Of a stretch of 64,000 nucleotides of DNA, positions 15,705-25,991 are shown in pieces (positions within the stretch are counted from its first letter, which is position 1; every line of letters starts with the position of its first letter). The notes beneath the pieces were generated by a model. That model had not been told where the DNA came from. It worked only from the letters and a program-made list of their open reading frames with translations, and did not search any database. Source of the DNA: Flavobacteriales bacterium. Lineage in GTDB: Bacteria; Bacteroidota; Bacteroidia; UBA10329. Made by a program: the position numbers and the translations under genes. The stretch covers positions 4,354-68,353 of the forward strand of contig JAIPBM010000017.1 in assembly GCA_021739695.1 (NCBI GenBank). Direction: 5' to 3'.

Positions 15705-17198
15705 CTATTTTGAAAAACTAATACGTGGGTCAGCAACTGCATAAAGAATGTCGGAAACCAAATAACCGACAAGCGTCAAGACGCCCGTAATGGTAAAAAT
15801 GGCAATCAACATCGGGTAATTCTGATTCACAATGGCATTGTAAGATTCGCCTCCCATACCAGGAATGGTAAAGATCACCTCCAAGATGACCGAACCACCA
15901 ATTGCTACCGGGAAAATATTGGCAAACACCGTGATGATCGGCAATAGACCATTTCGCAAAGCATGCTTGTAAATCACAACTCGTTCTGTCAATCCTTTGG
16001 CACGGGCCGTTCTGATGTAATCCTGATTGACAATTTCAAGCATCGAAACGCGCATTAGACGCGATAGGAATGCAAACGAACTGTAGGTGTAGGATATGAT
16101 CGGCAAAACGAGAAATGGTAATCGATCTGCCCACTTTTCAAAGAATCCAGCATCTTGGGCAAACCCACGAACAGGTTCTACGCCTGACGCTGGGAACCAA
16201 TGGAATACATCTGGATTGGCAAACCACATCAACAATACCGTAGCTGCAAAGAAATTAGGCAGCGAATAAAGGATAAATAGAAGAACCGTGGTTACACGGT
16301 CGAAAGTGCTGTCTTTGTGTACTGCGGCCTGAACTCCAAGAGGAATACTTACCACATAAGCGAGAAACACAGAGATCATACTGAAGAAGAATGACCAAAA
16401 GATCTTGATGCCGATCACTTCTTGAATAGGCATTTTGGTCGTGTAAGAAGTTCCAAAATCTCCACGGATAATTCCTCTTGTGAATTCGGCTCCTTTTCCT
16501 GTCAACCAATTTCCATCACCGAAAATCCAACGGTGATATTGGTTTTTAGAATAGAAGTTCAGAACCGGAACGTATTTCTTCCAAGGTGTCGCAGTTTCCT
16601 GCACGGCTTCAAACTTGGCTCTCGCAATATCAAACTCATCTTTCAACGGAGCCATGTAAGGTTTAGCGTACAGCTCTTCCAATCGTTCGAACTTGGATTC
16701 GATAACCACCAAACTATAAGATGCTTTGAGACTAGAAGACTCGAAAAAGCTCGTATTCACATCTTCTTTGAATTGGCCAAGATCAAAGCCAAAGGCTGTT
16801 GAACTATCGATCTTCAATTTGGAATGAGCATTATGTAATGCTGAAATTGCCGAAAAATAATCGCTGATGGCTGGCCAGTTTCCGTATTGGTTGGTCAATC
16901 GAGAAAGCGATTCCTGTTCATTATTGTCGTAGATGCGATACAGCGTATCGCTCTGCGCCAACGAATTCAAACTGACATAGAAAATGGGCAGGTCCAAGCC
17001 GAGTTTTCTACTCCAGAATTTCTTTTGTTCTAACTGATTGGAGGTCTGAGAACCGATCTCACCACCAGCTTGGGCAGCAACCACCATCCGTTCCACAGGA
17101 TCACCAGGGGCAGAAACCATGATCACAAAACCCAAAAGGGTGATGGCGATCAGCGTTGGAATAAAGACGAGAACTCTACGAAAGACGTATTTAAGCAT
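15705..17198 (-). CDS. ABC transporter permease, OppB/DppB-type, with a large extracytoplasmic insertion
   Basis: 497 aa. The N-terminal TM is followed by a soluble insert of roughly 200 aa before the conserved permease core (RTARAKGLTERVVIYKHALRN). Confidence 0.8.
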   Translation of the reverse strand: MLKYVFRRVLVFIPTLIAITLLGFVIMVSAPGDPVERMVVAAQAGGEIGSQTSNQLEQKKFWSRKLGLDLPIFYVSLNSLAQSDTLYRIYDNNEQESLSRLTNQYGNWPAISDYFSAISALHNAHSKLKIDSSTAFGFDLGQFKEDVNTSFFESSSLKASYSLVVIESKFERLEELYAKPYMAPLKDEFDIARAKFEAVQETATPWKKYVPVLNFYSKNQYHRWIFGDGNWLTGKGAEFTRGIIRGDFGTSYTTKMPIQEVIGIKIFWSFFFSMISVFLAYVVSIPLGVQAAVHKDSTFDRVTTVLLFILYSLPNFFAATVLLMWFANPDVFHWFPASGVEPVRGFAQDAGFFEKWADRLPFLVLPIISYTYSSFAFLSRLMRVSMLEIVNQDYIRTARAKGLTERVVIYKHALRNGLLPIITVFANIFPVAIGGSVILEVIFTIPGMGGESYNAIVNQNYPMLIAIFTITGVLTLVGYLVSDILYAVADPRISFSK

Positions 17199-17216
17199 GA
17201 AGCTACTGGAATGACC

Positions 17217-19115
17217 TTAATTTGCTGCTGCAGTTGGAGTTGAAGCTCCACCTCCATTCAACAATTTAAAATTACTGATGATTACACCTGGACGCTCGAA
17301 ATACATATCAGCATTTCCGAAACGTTTGTGAATGGCAACCCTGTTGGTAGACGAAAAGAAGAACACATAAGGTTGTTCCTCGTAGATCATTGCTTGCAGT
17401 TGCTTAACCATTGGAATACGAACGTCCATATCAAGCACGTGCTTCACAGAATCAATCAAGGCATCGCTTTCTGCATTACCGAAACCAGTAAAGTTTGAAC
17501 CTTTAGAAGCCCAAGATTCTGTGTGCCAGATCTGTGTGAAATCTTCTGGTACAGACGAACCTGCCCAAGCTGCAAGCATTGCATCGAATTTGTGATTTCT
17601 AGCATTGTCATAAAGAATTGCGAAATCCAACGGAGTGATGTTGCATTTCAAACCTGCCTCATACAACGCTTCTGAAATCATTTGTGCCTGATCTCTCCAT
17701 GTCACCTGAGTGGTCATGTAAGCAAGGTCAAAATCAAAATTCACCTTTTGTCCGTCAATCATTTTATCGCGGACATTGTCTCCATCTGAATCTACCCAAC
17801 CTGCTTCTTCCAACAATTTCTTGGCGCCTTCCAAGTCTCTTTCAATCAAAGGAAGGTCGCTGTTGTACTCCTTTTTAAGTGGAGATACTGGGCCTACCAT
17901 TCGCTTGTTCTTACCATTGTTCAGTACAATATTCATCTCATCAACCGATATCAGCATGGCAACAGCTCTACGAACACGTTTGTCATCGAAGAACTTTTTG
18001 TGCTCCACACCATCTGGGCGGCAATTAAATGCCATGTAAGAATAGTTGTAGGTATTGGTAAATCGAGAATGATAGTTCTCATTAAATATTGGATCTTCCT
18101 GAAGCTCCAACATTTTTTTGGTAGACAAGAATGTGGATGCATCCAATGCTTGTGTTTTGAACTCCAATGCCTGCGAGTTAGGATCAGTGTTGTTCTTGAA
18201 AATGATCTTCGCTGGATACGCAGTTTCATAGGCCGTTGGATCGGTCAATTTCTGAGTCCAATGATTTTCTTTTCTCACCAATGTATAAGATTGTCCTGGC
18301 TTCCACTCTGCCCATCTGTACGGCCCCATTCCAACCAAGAATTCTGGTTTTCGGCTGTACTTAGCATCGTTGAATTCTGTCGCCCACTCATTCAGATCAC
18401 CTTTAGAATCAGAATTGAAATTTGGCTCATCGAACTGCGCAAACGTGTACTTGCGCATCGTTTTATTTGGATCCCAATAGGTTTCTTGTAGCAATGGGTA
18501 ATCGGTAAGAAACACGATGTTCTGAATGTATTTCTTCTTCATCTTCAAGGTAAACTTTCGCGGATTGCTTGGATCCTTGATGATGTCCTCCAAATTCTCT
18601 ACGTATGGTTTTGAATGTGGATTATTTGTGAGCGGGCACTTGTTGGCCTTGAATGTGAAGATCACATCCTCAACAGTCAATTGAGTTCCATCATCCCAAG
18701 TTGGTTCGTCTCTCAATTCATAAGTGAACGAAAGTTCATCTTCCGATACTTCAGGCATGGCTTTGATTACATCTGGTCTCCCGCCTTTCAATTCAATAAG
18801 GTCGCTTCCAACCACAAAATGCTGCGTGTAGCTATTTAAGAATGACCTCGTGGCTGAGTTACCATTGGTCGGATGCATATCATCCGGCTCCCCTATCACG
18901 TGAAACACGACCGTATTTTCAGTAGACCAATCTGGTTTGAACTCCGTAGCATCAGGAACTTCAACGTAAGTAAGTTCACCAACTTCTGCGATTTTGTTGT
19001 CAGCGTTGGAAGCTGAATCATTTTCCGAACCGCCTCCGCATGAGGTGAGGCCAAGAATTGAACCGCCTATAATGGCTAGTCCTACAAATGCATTTCCGTT
19101 GTGTTTCAAGTTCAT
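17217..19115 (-). CDS. ABC transporter substrate-binding lipoprotein, family 5 (peptide/nickel type)
   Basis: 632 aa with a lipobox (LGLTSCGG). It has family-5 SBP-like sequence throughout and is the first gene of the SBP-permease-permease operon. Confidence 0.8.
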   Translation of the reverse strand: MNLKHNGNAFVGLAIIGGSILGLTSCGGGSENDSASNADNKIAEVGELTYVEVPDATEFKPDWSTENTVVFHVIGEPDDMHPTNGNSATRSFLNSYTQHFVVGSDLIELKGGRPDVIKAMPEVSEDELSFTYELRDEPTWDDGTQLTVEDVIFTFKANKCPLTNNPHSKPYVENLEDIIKDPSNPRKFTLKMKKKYIQNIVFLTDYPLLQETYWDPNKTMRKYTFAQFDEPNFNSDSKGDLNEWATEFNDAKYSRKPEFLVGMGPYRWAEWKPGQSYTLVRKENHWTQKLTDPTAYETAYPAKIIFKNNTDPNSQALEFKTQALDASTFLSTKKMLELQEDPIFNENYHSRFTNTYNYSYMAFNCRPDGVEHKKFFDDKRVRRAVAMLISVDEMNIVLNNGKNKRMVGPVSPLKKEYNSDLPLIERDLEGAKKLLEEAGWVDSDGDNVRDKMIDGQKVNFDFDLAYMTTQVTWRDQAQMISEALYEAGLKCNITPLDFAILYDNARNHKFDAMLAAWAGSSVPEDFTQIWHTESWASKGSNFTGFGNAESDALIDSVKHVLDMDVRIPMVKQLQAMIYEEQPYVFFFSSTNRVAIHKRFGNADMYFERPGVIISNFKLLNGGGASTPTAAAN

Positions 19116-19230
19116 AAGAGAGTCTAATTTGATGAAGGGTGCAAATATAACATTAGCTAATAGTTAGCATGTAGGAATGAGCAACTAACTACCCTCAAAG
19201 AATTCACATGAAATTCAATAAAAACAACTG

Positions 19231-19260
19231 TTGCAAGAAATAAAACTATTTATACTTTTG
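19231..19260 (+). promoter_or_regulatory. Candidate promoter of the tRNA cluster
   Basis: TTG (19231-19233), N19, then TACTTTTG (19253-19260) is an exact match to the Bacteroidota TTG-N19-TAnnTTTG architecture, about 58 nt upstream of tRNA-Ser. Confidence 0.55.
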
Positions 19261-19317
19261 CAGCCCGCTCTCAAAAAGGTGTATGAGCACCTTGCAGAAG
19301 TAGGTTCTTTACACATT

Positions 19318-19409
<92 letters not shown>

Positions 19410-19464
19410 CAAGTTATTGGGATGGCCTCCCAAGTACGATTGCAAGTACTGAATGCCAATTTTT

Positions 19465-19539
19465 CGGGGTGTAGCGTAGCCCGGTTATCGCGCCTGCTTT
19501 GGGAGCAGGAGGTCGCAGGTTCGAATCCTGCCACCCCGA
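19465..19539 (+). tRNA. tRNA-Pro (anticodon TGG)
   Basis: Acceptor CGGGGTG/CACCCCG, anticodon stem-loop CCTGC-TTTGGGA-GCAGG, T-loop GGTTCGAATCC. Confidence 0.9.
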
Positions 19540-19580
19540 CAAAGGCCAACTTGGTTTACCATGTTGGCCTTTGATTTTTA
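19540..19580 (+). terminator. Intrinsic-terminator-like hairpin between tRNA-Pro and tRNA-Arg
   Basis: Perfect 11-bp stem CAAAGGCCAAC (19540-19550) / GTTGGCCTTTG (19563-19573), followed by ATTTTTATTT. Confidence 0.5.
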
Positions 19581-19586
19581 TTTAAA

Positions 19587-19660
19587 GGTCTCGTAGCTCA
19601 GCTGGATAGAGCATCTGCCTTCTAAGCAGACGGTCTCAGGTTCGAATCCTGACGGGATCA
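19587..19660 (+). tRNA. tRNA-Arg (anticodon TCT)
   Basis: Acceptor GGTCTCG/CGGGATC (two G-U pairs), D-arm TAGCTCAGCTGGATAGAGCA, anticodon stem-loop TCTGC-CTTCTAA-GCAGA, T-loop GGTTCGAATCC. Confidence 0.9.
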
Positions 19661-19667
19661 CATTAAG

Positions 19668-19693
19668 AAAGCCTCAGATTCTGGGGCTTTTTT
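19668..19693 (+). terminator. Rho-independent terminator after the tRNA cluster
   Basis: Stem AAAGCCTC / GGGGCTTT (one G-U pair) with loop AGATTCT, followed by a T-run. Confidence 0.65.
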
Positions 19694-19706
19694 ATTAGAC
19701 TTGGTC

Positions 19707-21566
19707 ATGAAAACACTTGCCAAGCTGTTTCCTTATGTTTCTGGTCTATCATTTCTGTGTTCATGCCAAGAACCAACTCTTCAGCATACGATATCAGCTA
19801 AGACGATTGAAGTTCTCAACAAAACCTATATTGGAAATTCCCGAGAATACGATTTCTTGGATGATTGGTCTACCGAAAACACCATCGTATATCATGTAAT
19901 TGGCGAACCAAATGATATGCACCCTACCAATGGGAATTCTGGAAATCGCTCGTTCGTAAATAACTACATTCATGGTTTTCTTCTAACAGCTGACCTTGTA
20001 AGTCTGAATGGCCTTCAACCCTCACTTGTAAAAAGGATGCCAACCATTTCGGAGAATCAACTGGATTTTACCTATGAATTGCGAGACGAACCAACTTGGG
20101 ATGACGGTTCTCAACTTTCTGTAGATGACGTGGTCTTTACCTTAAAGGCTAATAGGTGCCCTCTGACCAATAATCCGCACAGCAAACCATTCATCGAAAA
20201 CCTTCAGGAAATTGAATTAAACCCCGACAATCCCAGAGAGTTTACACTCAAGATGAAGAAGCATTATATGCACAATACCTCTATGCTGATGGAGTTTCCA
20301 ATGATGCAAGAATCTTTTTGGGATCCGAACCACATTTTGCGTAGCTATACTATTTCTGAATTTGACAACTCTGAACTGGATTTAGACAACCCAGCCTTAA
20401 ATAATTGGATCACAGAATTCAATGATTATAAGTACGGTACAAATCCGAATCTAATTGTAGGACTAGGCGCCTATCAGTTTTCGGAATGGAAAACGGGACA
20501 ATCATTTTCTCTTCTTCGGAAAACGAATCATTGGACCAGTACGTTGACGTCTCCATCAGTTTACGAAACCGCATATCCTGAAAGGATAATATTCAAGTTA
20601 AATACTGACGAGAACTCTCAAATTTTAGAGTTTAAAACTCAGGTCTTAGATGGCTCAAATGCACTAAGCAGTTCGGCATTTACAAAGCTGAAAGAATCTG
20701 AAGCATTTATCGAAAACTATCACGCTCAGGCAACACCAACATTTAACTACACACATCTACGTTTTAATCTTCGACCCGATGGGATAAAACATAAAAAGTT
20801 TTTTGAAGATGTAACGGTTAGAAGAGCCATAGCTCATTTAGTTAAGTATGATGAAATGAACCAAGTACTGTATCAGGGAATGCGAAGTAGAATTCCCGGC
20901 CCTGTTTCACCGTTAAAAACCTCGTTCAACAAAAGTCTTCGGCTCATTGATCACGACTTGGAGTTTGCGAGACAGCTATTAGCAGAAGCTGGTTGGATTG
21001 ATAGCGATAATGACAACATACGAGACAAACTTATTGATGGACAGAAAGTTGATTTTGAATTTGATCTACTTTATATGAGCAACAGTGATTCTTGGAAAGA
21101 TATGGCGTTGATGATCTCAGAATCACTTTATGAGGCTGGAATTAAATGCAATCCTGTTCAATTAGAGTTCACAGTGCTAAAAGATAAATCAAGAAATCAT
21201 GATTTTGACGCTGCACTTGCTGCTTGGGGAGGGTCATCTTTTGCTGAAGACTTTACACAGATATGGCATACTGAATCGTGGGCAAGCAAAGGTTTGAATT
21301 ACGGAGGGTTTGGAAATTCTGAAAGTGACGCCCTAATTGACTCCATAAAGTTTGCAATGACCGAAGACGAAAGATTTCCACTCGTACAGAAATTACAGAA
21401 GCTTATCTACGATAATCAGCCCTACGTTTTTCTATTCGCCTCTAACAGAACCAATGTGATGCACAAACGATTTGGAAATGCAGATATGTACTACGAAAAG
21501 CCTGGCATTGTGCTTAATAATCTTCAATTATTGGGTATTGGTGTTGTTCCAATGGCTGGAGATTAG
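19707..21566 (+). CDS. Orphan family-5 ABC substrate-binding protein, paralog of 17217-19115
   Basis: Long collinear similarity to the other SBP (for example NTIVYHVIGEPNDMHPTNGNSGNRSF versus NTVVFHVIGEPDDMHPTNGNSATRSF). Lipobox-like LSFLCSC. No permease genes follow. ATG at 19707 is preferred over TTG at 19701. Confidence 0.8.
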   Translation: MKTLAKLFPYVSGLSFLCSCQEPTLQHTISAKTIEVLNKTYIGNSREYDFLDDWSTENTIVYHVIGEPNDMHPTNGNSGNRSFVNNYIHGFLLTADLVSLNGLQPSLVKRMPTISENQLDFTYELRDEPTWDDGSQLSVDDVVFTLKANRCPLTNNPHSKPFIENLQEIELNPDNPREFTLKMKKHYMHNTSMLMEFPMMQESFWDPNHILRSYTISEFDNSELDLDNPALNNWITEFNDYKYGTNPNLIVGLGAYQFSEWKTGQSFSLLRKTNHWTSTLTSPSVYETAYPERIIFKLNTDENSQILEFKTQVLDGSNALSSSAFTKLKESEAFIENYHAQATPTFNYTHLRFNLRPDGIKHKKFFEDVTVRRAIAHLVKYDEMNQVLYQGMRSRIPGPVSPLKTSFNKSLRLIDHDLEFARQLLAEAGWIDSDNDNIRDKLIDGQKVDFEFDLLYMSNSDSWKDMALMISESLYEAGIKCNPVQLEFTVLKDKSRNHDFDAALAAWGGSSFAEDFTQIWHTESWASKGLNYGGFGNSESDALIDSIKFAMTEDERFPLVQKLQKLIYDNQPYVFLFASNRTNVMHKRFGNADMYYEKPGIVLNNLQLLGIGVVPMAGD

Positions 21567-21647
21567 AAAATTAGCGGCTTTTTATTTGAAAGCGATGCTG
21601 ATTCTGAAACGCTATAATCATACATTTAGTCAATCTAAACGATATCC

Positions 21648-21926
21648 ATGTTCTCAGACAAGATCAGTCAGCGTATTCTAGCTTCTTTCATTGGTGGCTC
21701 CACATTACTCCTTAGTGCTTCTCTCCTACTATTTTCAATGCAATATATTTCTACTGTAAACGCAGAAGAGTTGGACCTTGAAGGCGCTAAAATGTGGGAT
21801 CAAACGCTTCGTGGTGGTGTTGGCCTCGGAATCAAGGATAACGTGGGCTATTTCGTGGTTTGGGGCGACCCGAACAAGTTCTACAAAGTAGAATTGAATA
21901 AGGCTACAGATTGGTACTCTGAATAG
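21648..21926 (+). CDS. Small hypothetical protein with an N-terminal TM/signal segment
   Basis: 92-aa ORF with a hydrophobic N-terminus (ILASFIGGSTLLLSASLLLF). No recognisable domain. Confidence 0.35.
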   Translation: MFSDKISQRILASFIGGSTLLLSASLLLFSMQYISTVNAEELDLEGAKMWDQTLRGGVGLGIKDNVGYFVVWGDPNKFYKVELNKATDWYSE

Positions 21927-21949
21927 TTGTCTTTAACTGATTCAAGGAA

Positions 21950-23020
21950 TCAGAACCATTTCTTCCTTCTGAAGTAAGCTAACATGGTTATGAAGATGGC
22001 GATCATGGCAGCCCAAACTGCGTAGTAGCCATATTTCCAATGGAGTTCTGGCATATTTTCGAAGTTCATGCCATAAACGCCTGCTATGAACGTAAGCGGA
22101 ATGAAGATCGTAGCAATGACGGTCAGCACCTTCATCACGTTATTCATTCGATTGCTGAGGTTGGCCAAGTGCATTTCCATCAATCCGGACAGGACTTCTC
22201 TATTGGATTCTAAATTATCGGCAATCTGAATGAGGTGATCATAAACATCTCGGAAGTACTTTTCATTCTCGTTTTCCACCAAGTCACTTACCCTCTTTTC
22301 CAATCCGCTGACCGCTTCGCGAAGAGGTAGCAACGCTCGTTTCAGGGTAATGATCTCCCTCTTCATGTGCTGAATGGCTCTCATATGATCTGCGTCAACG
22401 TCAGCTGTGATCGCCTCTTCCAGATCCTCTACCCTTTCTTCTATTTTTTCGATGATAATGAAATAGTTATCTACCACACTATCAATCAATCTGTAAACAA
22501 GATAATCGCTTCCTTTTCTGCGGATCAATCCGGAATCCGAGCGAATTCGTTCTCTGATGGGATTGAAAATATCTCCCTTTTTCTCTTGGAAACAAAGAAC
22601 ATATGGTTTTCCGAATACAATACTGATCTGTTCTTTTTCGAGCTCATCCTCATCGTTGAACCACATCATTTTCATGGTGAAGAACACGTAATCTTCAAAT
22701 GGTTCAACCTTCGGTCGATGGTCCGTATCGAGAATATCCTCCAGCACCAGATTATGGATATTATAGACCTTTCCGATGGCAGCAATAGCATCTGTATTAT
22801 GGATACCATTAATGTTTACCCACGAAACAGTGGAAGAGCTGAGCGATTCTTCCAGTTTGGTTACGTCCAAAATTTCCGAGTCGTGATAAGTATCGCCCGA
22901 ATAATCGATCAATTCGATGGTAACGGGTTCATCACGATGGTTACCAACAAGAACCAACGTTCCAGGCGGAAGTCCAGCCTTATCTGACGACCGCTTATGA
23001 TTCTTGCGTTTCCTAGTCAT
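21950..23020 (-). CDS. corA: CorA-family magnesium/cobalt transporter
   Basis: 356 aa with two C-terminal TM helices and the YGMNF signature. Confidence 0.9.
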   Translation of the reverse strand: MTRKRKNHKRSSDKAGLPPGTLVLVGNHRDEPVTIELIDYSGDTYHDSEILDVTKLEESLSSSTVSWVNINGIHNTDAIAAIGKVYNIHNLVLEDILDTDHRPKVEPFEDYVFFTMKMMWFNDEDELEKEQISIVFGKPYVLCFQEKKGDIFNPIRERIRSDSGLIRRKGSDYLVYRLIDSVVDNYFIIIEKIEERVEDLEEAITADVDADHMRAIQHMKREIITLKRALLPLREAVSGLEKRVSDLVENENEKYFRDVYDHLIQIADNLESNREVLSGLMEMHLANLSNRMNNVMKVLTVIATIFIPLTFIAGVYGMNFENMPELHWKYGYYAVWAAMIAIFITMLAYFRRKKWF

Positions 23021-23885
23021 GCTTATTCAGATCAGATTTATAGACAATGGTCCGATACGGGAACGGGATTTCAATACCCTCCTTGTCAAAACGTTCTTTT
23101 ACACTCTTGTTCAGATCACAGAAAAGTTCCCATGAATCCTCTGGCGTTCGAGACCAAACATCGGCTCTCAAATTCACAGAAGAATCGCCAAAGCCAATGA
23201 CCCGACATTTCACAAGTGGCCAACCATCATTCTTCTCTTCTTCAGTTCGTCCGTCATAAATAAGCGGATGTTTTTCAGCTTCTTCTGCAATGATCATAAA
23301 TGCTTTGTCGATGTTGCTATCGTAACTGATGTTGAAGAAGATCTGACGTTTCATACGTTCATCACCAATATGAGCGTTCACAATTGTCTGCTCGCTAATG
23401 ACCGAGTTGGGTACGATGATTCGTTGGTTTTGAAAGTCTCTGATGACCGTGTGCCTCAGCGTGATATCTTCAACAATACCAGCCTTATCCCCTTCCATTC
23501 TGATCATGTCATCAACCCTGAAAGGTTTGAAAATGACGATAAAAACACCACTGATAATATTGGATAATGCTGCTTGCGATGCAAAAGCGATAACAGCCGT
23601 TACGATACCTGCCGATGCCAGCAATGTCGTTCCTAAGGACCTGAGTTCAGGAACCGAGTAAATGATAAGGAATGCCGCTAAGGAGAATATGATCAGCGAA
23701 GCAGCATTCTTAATGAAATTGTATTTGGTCGGATCGACTTTGAGATGGATGGAACTGGCACTTACGAACTTGTGAATGAACCGTCTTACCCATAGCGTTA
23801 GCAGAAACGCTAAAAGTAGAATGAACACATAAGCAAGCGGTCTTGGAATGGAAGCAATTTCTATCAGCATGGTACAATCTATCAC
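23013..23885 (-). CDS. Mechanosensitive ion channel, MscS family
   Basis: 290 aa with three N-terminal TM helices, then the MscS beta-domain motif (NIISGVFIVIFKPFRVDDMI). It overlaps the corA start by 8 nt. Confidence 0.85.
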   Translation of the reverse strand: MIDCTMLIEIASIPRPLAYVFILLLAFLLTLWVRRFIHKFVSASSIHLKVDPTKYNFIKNAASLIIFSLAAFLIIYSVPELRSLGTTLLASAGIVTAVIAFASQAALSNIISGVFIVIFKPFRVDDMIRMEGDKAGIVEDITLRHTVIRDFQNQRIIVPNSVISEQTIVNAHIGDERMKRQIFFNISYDSNIDKAFMIIAEEAEKHPLIYDGRTEEEKNDGWPLVKCRVIGFGDSSVNLRADVWSRTPEDSWELFCDLNKSVKERFDKEGIEIPFPYRTIVYKSDLNKHD

Positions 23886-23934
23886 AAGGCTAAATTACCT
23901 CGCTTATGATAGATTGACACAATGGATTCAGAAA

Positions 23935-25851
23935 TCAATAAACAACCAATCGTTGATGAAGGGTGGTTTTCGATGATCTAAGCTCAAAAAGATACAATCC
24001 AGCATCAAATTTGGAAAGGTCTACGCTAAAGTTTGAATTCGAAATGGCAAGGGATAAGAGTTGCTTTCCATCGACAGCGTAAACCGTTAGTTGTGCGTTT
24101 TTCATTTCCTCGCCAACATTCACATTGACTAAACCATTGCTTGGATTAGGATATAGAATTAACTGATTGACTTCAACTTCGTCTATCCCAACATGGCAAA
24201 GAACTTCGTCAATCACTATTTCGCCAAATTCAAAATGGAGGTTTGCATCAACCGTTTCAGGGCCATTCGGATAAAAGAGTGCGGTCAGCGAATCTCCCCA
24301 ATCTCCATATACCATTTGGTAACTCACCACACAGGTATAGCTTCCACTTTGAGATTCAAGCGCACCAGTAAATTGGAGTTGTGGGTTCGTTTCTCCGTTC
24401 AATTCAACGCCATCTTTCAGCCATTGATAAGTAACAGGATAACTTGTGTTGACTGAAAGTATTAAATCTTCTCCTGGGCAAATAAGTGTATCTCCACCTG
24501 ACTTAGAAATATCTGGATAAACAAACCTTCCTAGAGCACATCTGTGATCGCTGAATTCAGAAATATCCCAAAGGACCGGATCAAGGCTTCGAATAGTAAT
24601 GATATCGTTCGTAATCGTAGTTGGAAGCAAATAACCTTGATTTCCCCATGCGTTGTCAATTATTCTTCCGAATTCGTCACTAAAATTTGACTCATAAAAC
24701 CCAATATGCAACGGTCGGATGGTTGCTAAACTATCAAGCATATCCGTGTAAAGATCTCCATGATTAGGCGAAGTATTATAATCTCCTCCGTATATAACCG
24801 GTTCGCTTTGAGGAATATTGAGGTCGGCTATGAACTCTCGGAGCTCGCGATAAGATTGCCGCTTTGCGAGAAGATCATCTGCGGCACCACCAGCATCCAT
24901 GTGCGTACCAAAAACATGGTATCGTTTTCCAAGTTTGTTAATGCGCGCGTATTTGACCCCCTTGTTCGATAAGCAATCTGACGAGGCCTGACCACAGAGC
25001 GAAAAGTCAATTTCATCTTCAGTTTCAATAGGCCATCGGCTAAAAATGATCACGCCACCATTCACCGGAAACGGAATGATTCCGGTCGGGTCATTGAGAA
25101 TTTCGGTTCGGTAAGGAAAGCCCGCGGCCTCCATTGCGGGAATAAGATGATCCACTCTTGGTCCATCGTCAAACGCTTCGCAAAACGACACCACATCCTG
25201 ATATTCAGATATCTGTGCTGGAAGCAACCCCCCTCTTTCATTAGCTTGTGGCATACCCGAAACCCCGAACGAGATCATCTGAATGTTGTAGTACATGATA
25301 TTCAGCACATTCGGATTTTGAAAATCCGCCTCGTCCAACTCATATACTGGAAGGTCATGGATGGCAAAACGTATGTCTCTATCCAAATTGGTATCGTCAT
25401 TATCTGGTTTGAACTTGATCACTACGGCTTTACCTGCCAGTGTTGTCTGCACCTCATGGAAATTCTCATCATCAAACCAAGGTTCAGAAAATCCATTTCC
25501 GGCAACAGAATAAGCCAAGGTTGAACCGTTAGCAACTCCGATCAAACGAATTTTGATCGTTAAAAAATCCGTGTCTCCGTTCAAGTTAACATCAAAATAA
25601 GCCGTATCTCCTTCAGGTATGGCAGAATTCGTTCTATTCACAGTAAGTACTTCTTCACCTGTGTTATCAAGCCACCCTCTCACTGGTGTACCACTCGCGT
25701 TCCACTCCGATTGATCCATGGTAAGTGTGCCTGACTGGCCAACCTCTAAGTCGAAATCCTGCCATGTACTGTTCCGAATAAACACGGAAGATTGTGCTGA
25801 CACCATCAGATATGCCAGACAGAATAGTGATAGAAGAAATATTCGCTTCAT
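23935..25851 (-). CDS. Secreted endonuclease/exonuclease/phosphatase (EEP) family enzyme, sphingomyelinase-like, with Ig-like and T9SS C-terminal domains
   Basis: Signal peptide; EEP core ending in the SDH motif (ISEFSDHRCALGRF); Ig-like segment (YQWLKDGVEL...SGSYTC); T9SS CTD-like tail (LILYPNPSNGLVNVNV...LYLFELRS...QRLVVY). Confidence 0.7.
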   Translation of the reverse strand: MKRIFLLSLFCLAYLMVSAQSSVFIRNSTWQDFDLEVGQSGTLTMDQSEWNASGTPVRGWLDNTGEEVLTVNRTNSAIPEGDTAYFDVNLNGDTDFLTIKIRLIGVANGSTLAYSVAGNGFSEPWFDDENFHEVQTTLAGKAVVIKFKPDNDDTNLDRDIRFAIHDLPVYELDEADFQNPNVLNIMYYNIQMISFGVSGMPQANERGGLLPAQISEYQDVVSFCEAFDDGPRVDHLIPAMEAAGFPYRTEILNDPTGIIPFPVNGGVIIFSRWPIETEDEIDFSLCGQASSDCLSNKGVKYARINKLGKRYHVFGTHMDAGGAADDLLAKRQSYRELREFIADLNIPQSEPVIYGGDYNTSPNHGDLYTDMLDSLATIRPLHIGFYESNFSDEFGRIIDNAWGNQGYLLPTTITNDIITIRSLDPVLWDISEFSDHRCALGRFVYPDISKSGGDTLICPGEDLILSVNTSYPVTYQWLKDGVELNGETNPQLQFTGALESQSGSYTCVVSYQMVYGDWGDSLTALFYPNGPETVDANLHFEFGEIVIDEVLCHVGIDEVEVNQLILYPNPSNGLVNVNVGEEMKNAQLTVYAVDGKQLLSLAISNSNFSVDLSKFDAGLYLFELRSSKTTLHQRLVVY

Positions 25852-25991
25852 GTTCTCTTAATGGTTAGGTAACGAATGTACAACCGATACGACATTGTCC
25901 CAATTCGAAGCATTTTTTTGACCTAGGTTTATTTGTCTTCCACTTTACAAATATCCAATGAGTTTTATATTTTCGTTATAACCAACCACTT

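Noticed and set aside
22367-22987. 206-aa ORF antisense to corA. Similar long antisense ORFs lie at 56191-57126 (311 aa, inside DUF5686), 52162-52902 (246 aa, inside the halogenase gene), 50380-51015 (211 aa, inside the CrtI-family gene) and 39810-40343 (177 aa, across ferredoxin/U32).
   Set aside because: Each lies entirely within a gene that has clear family motifs on the opposite strand. Their translations have no recognisable motifs and a skewed, low-complexity composition typical of antisense frames.
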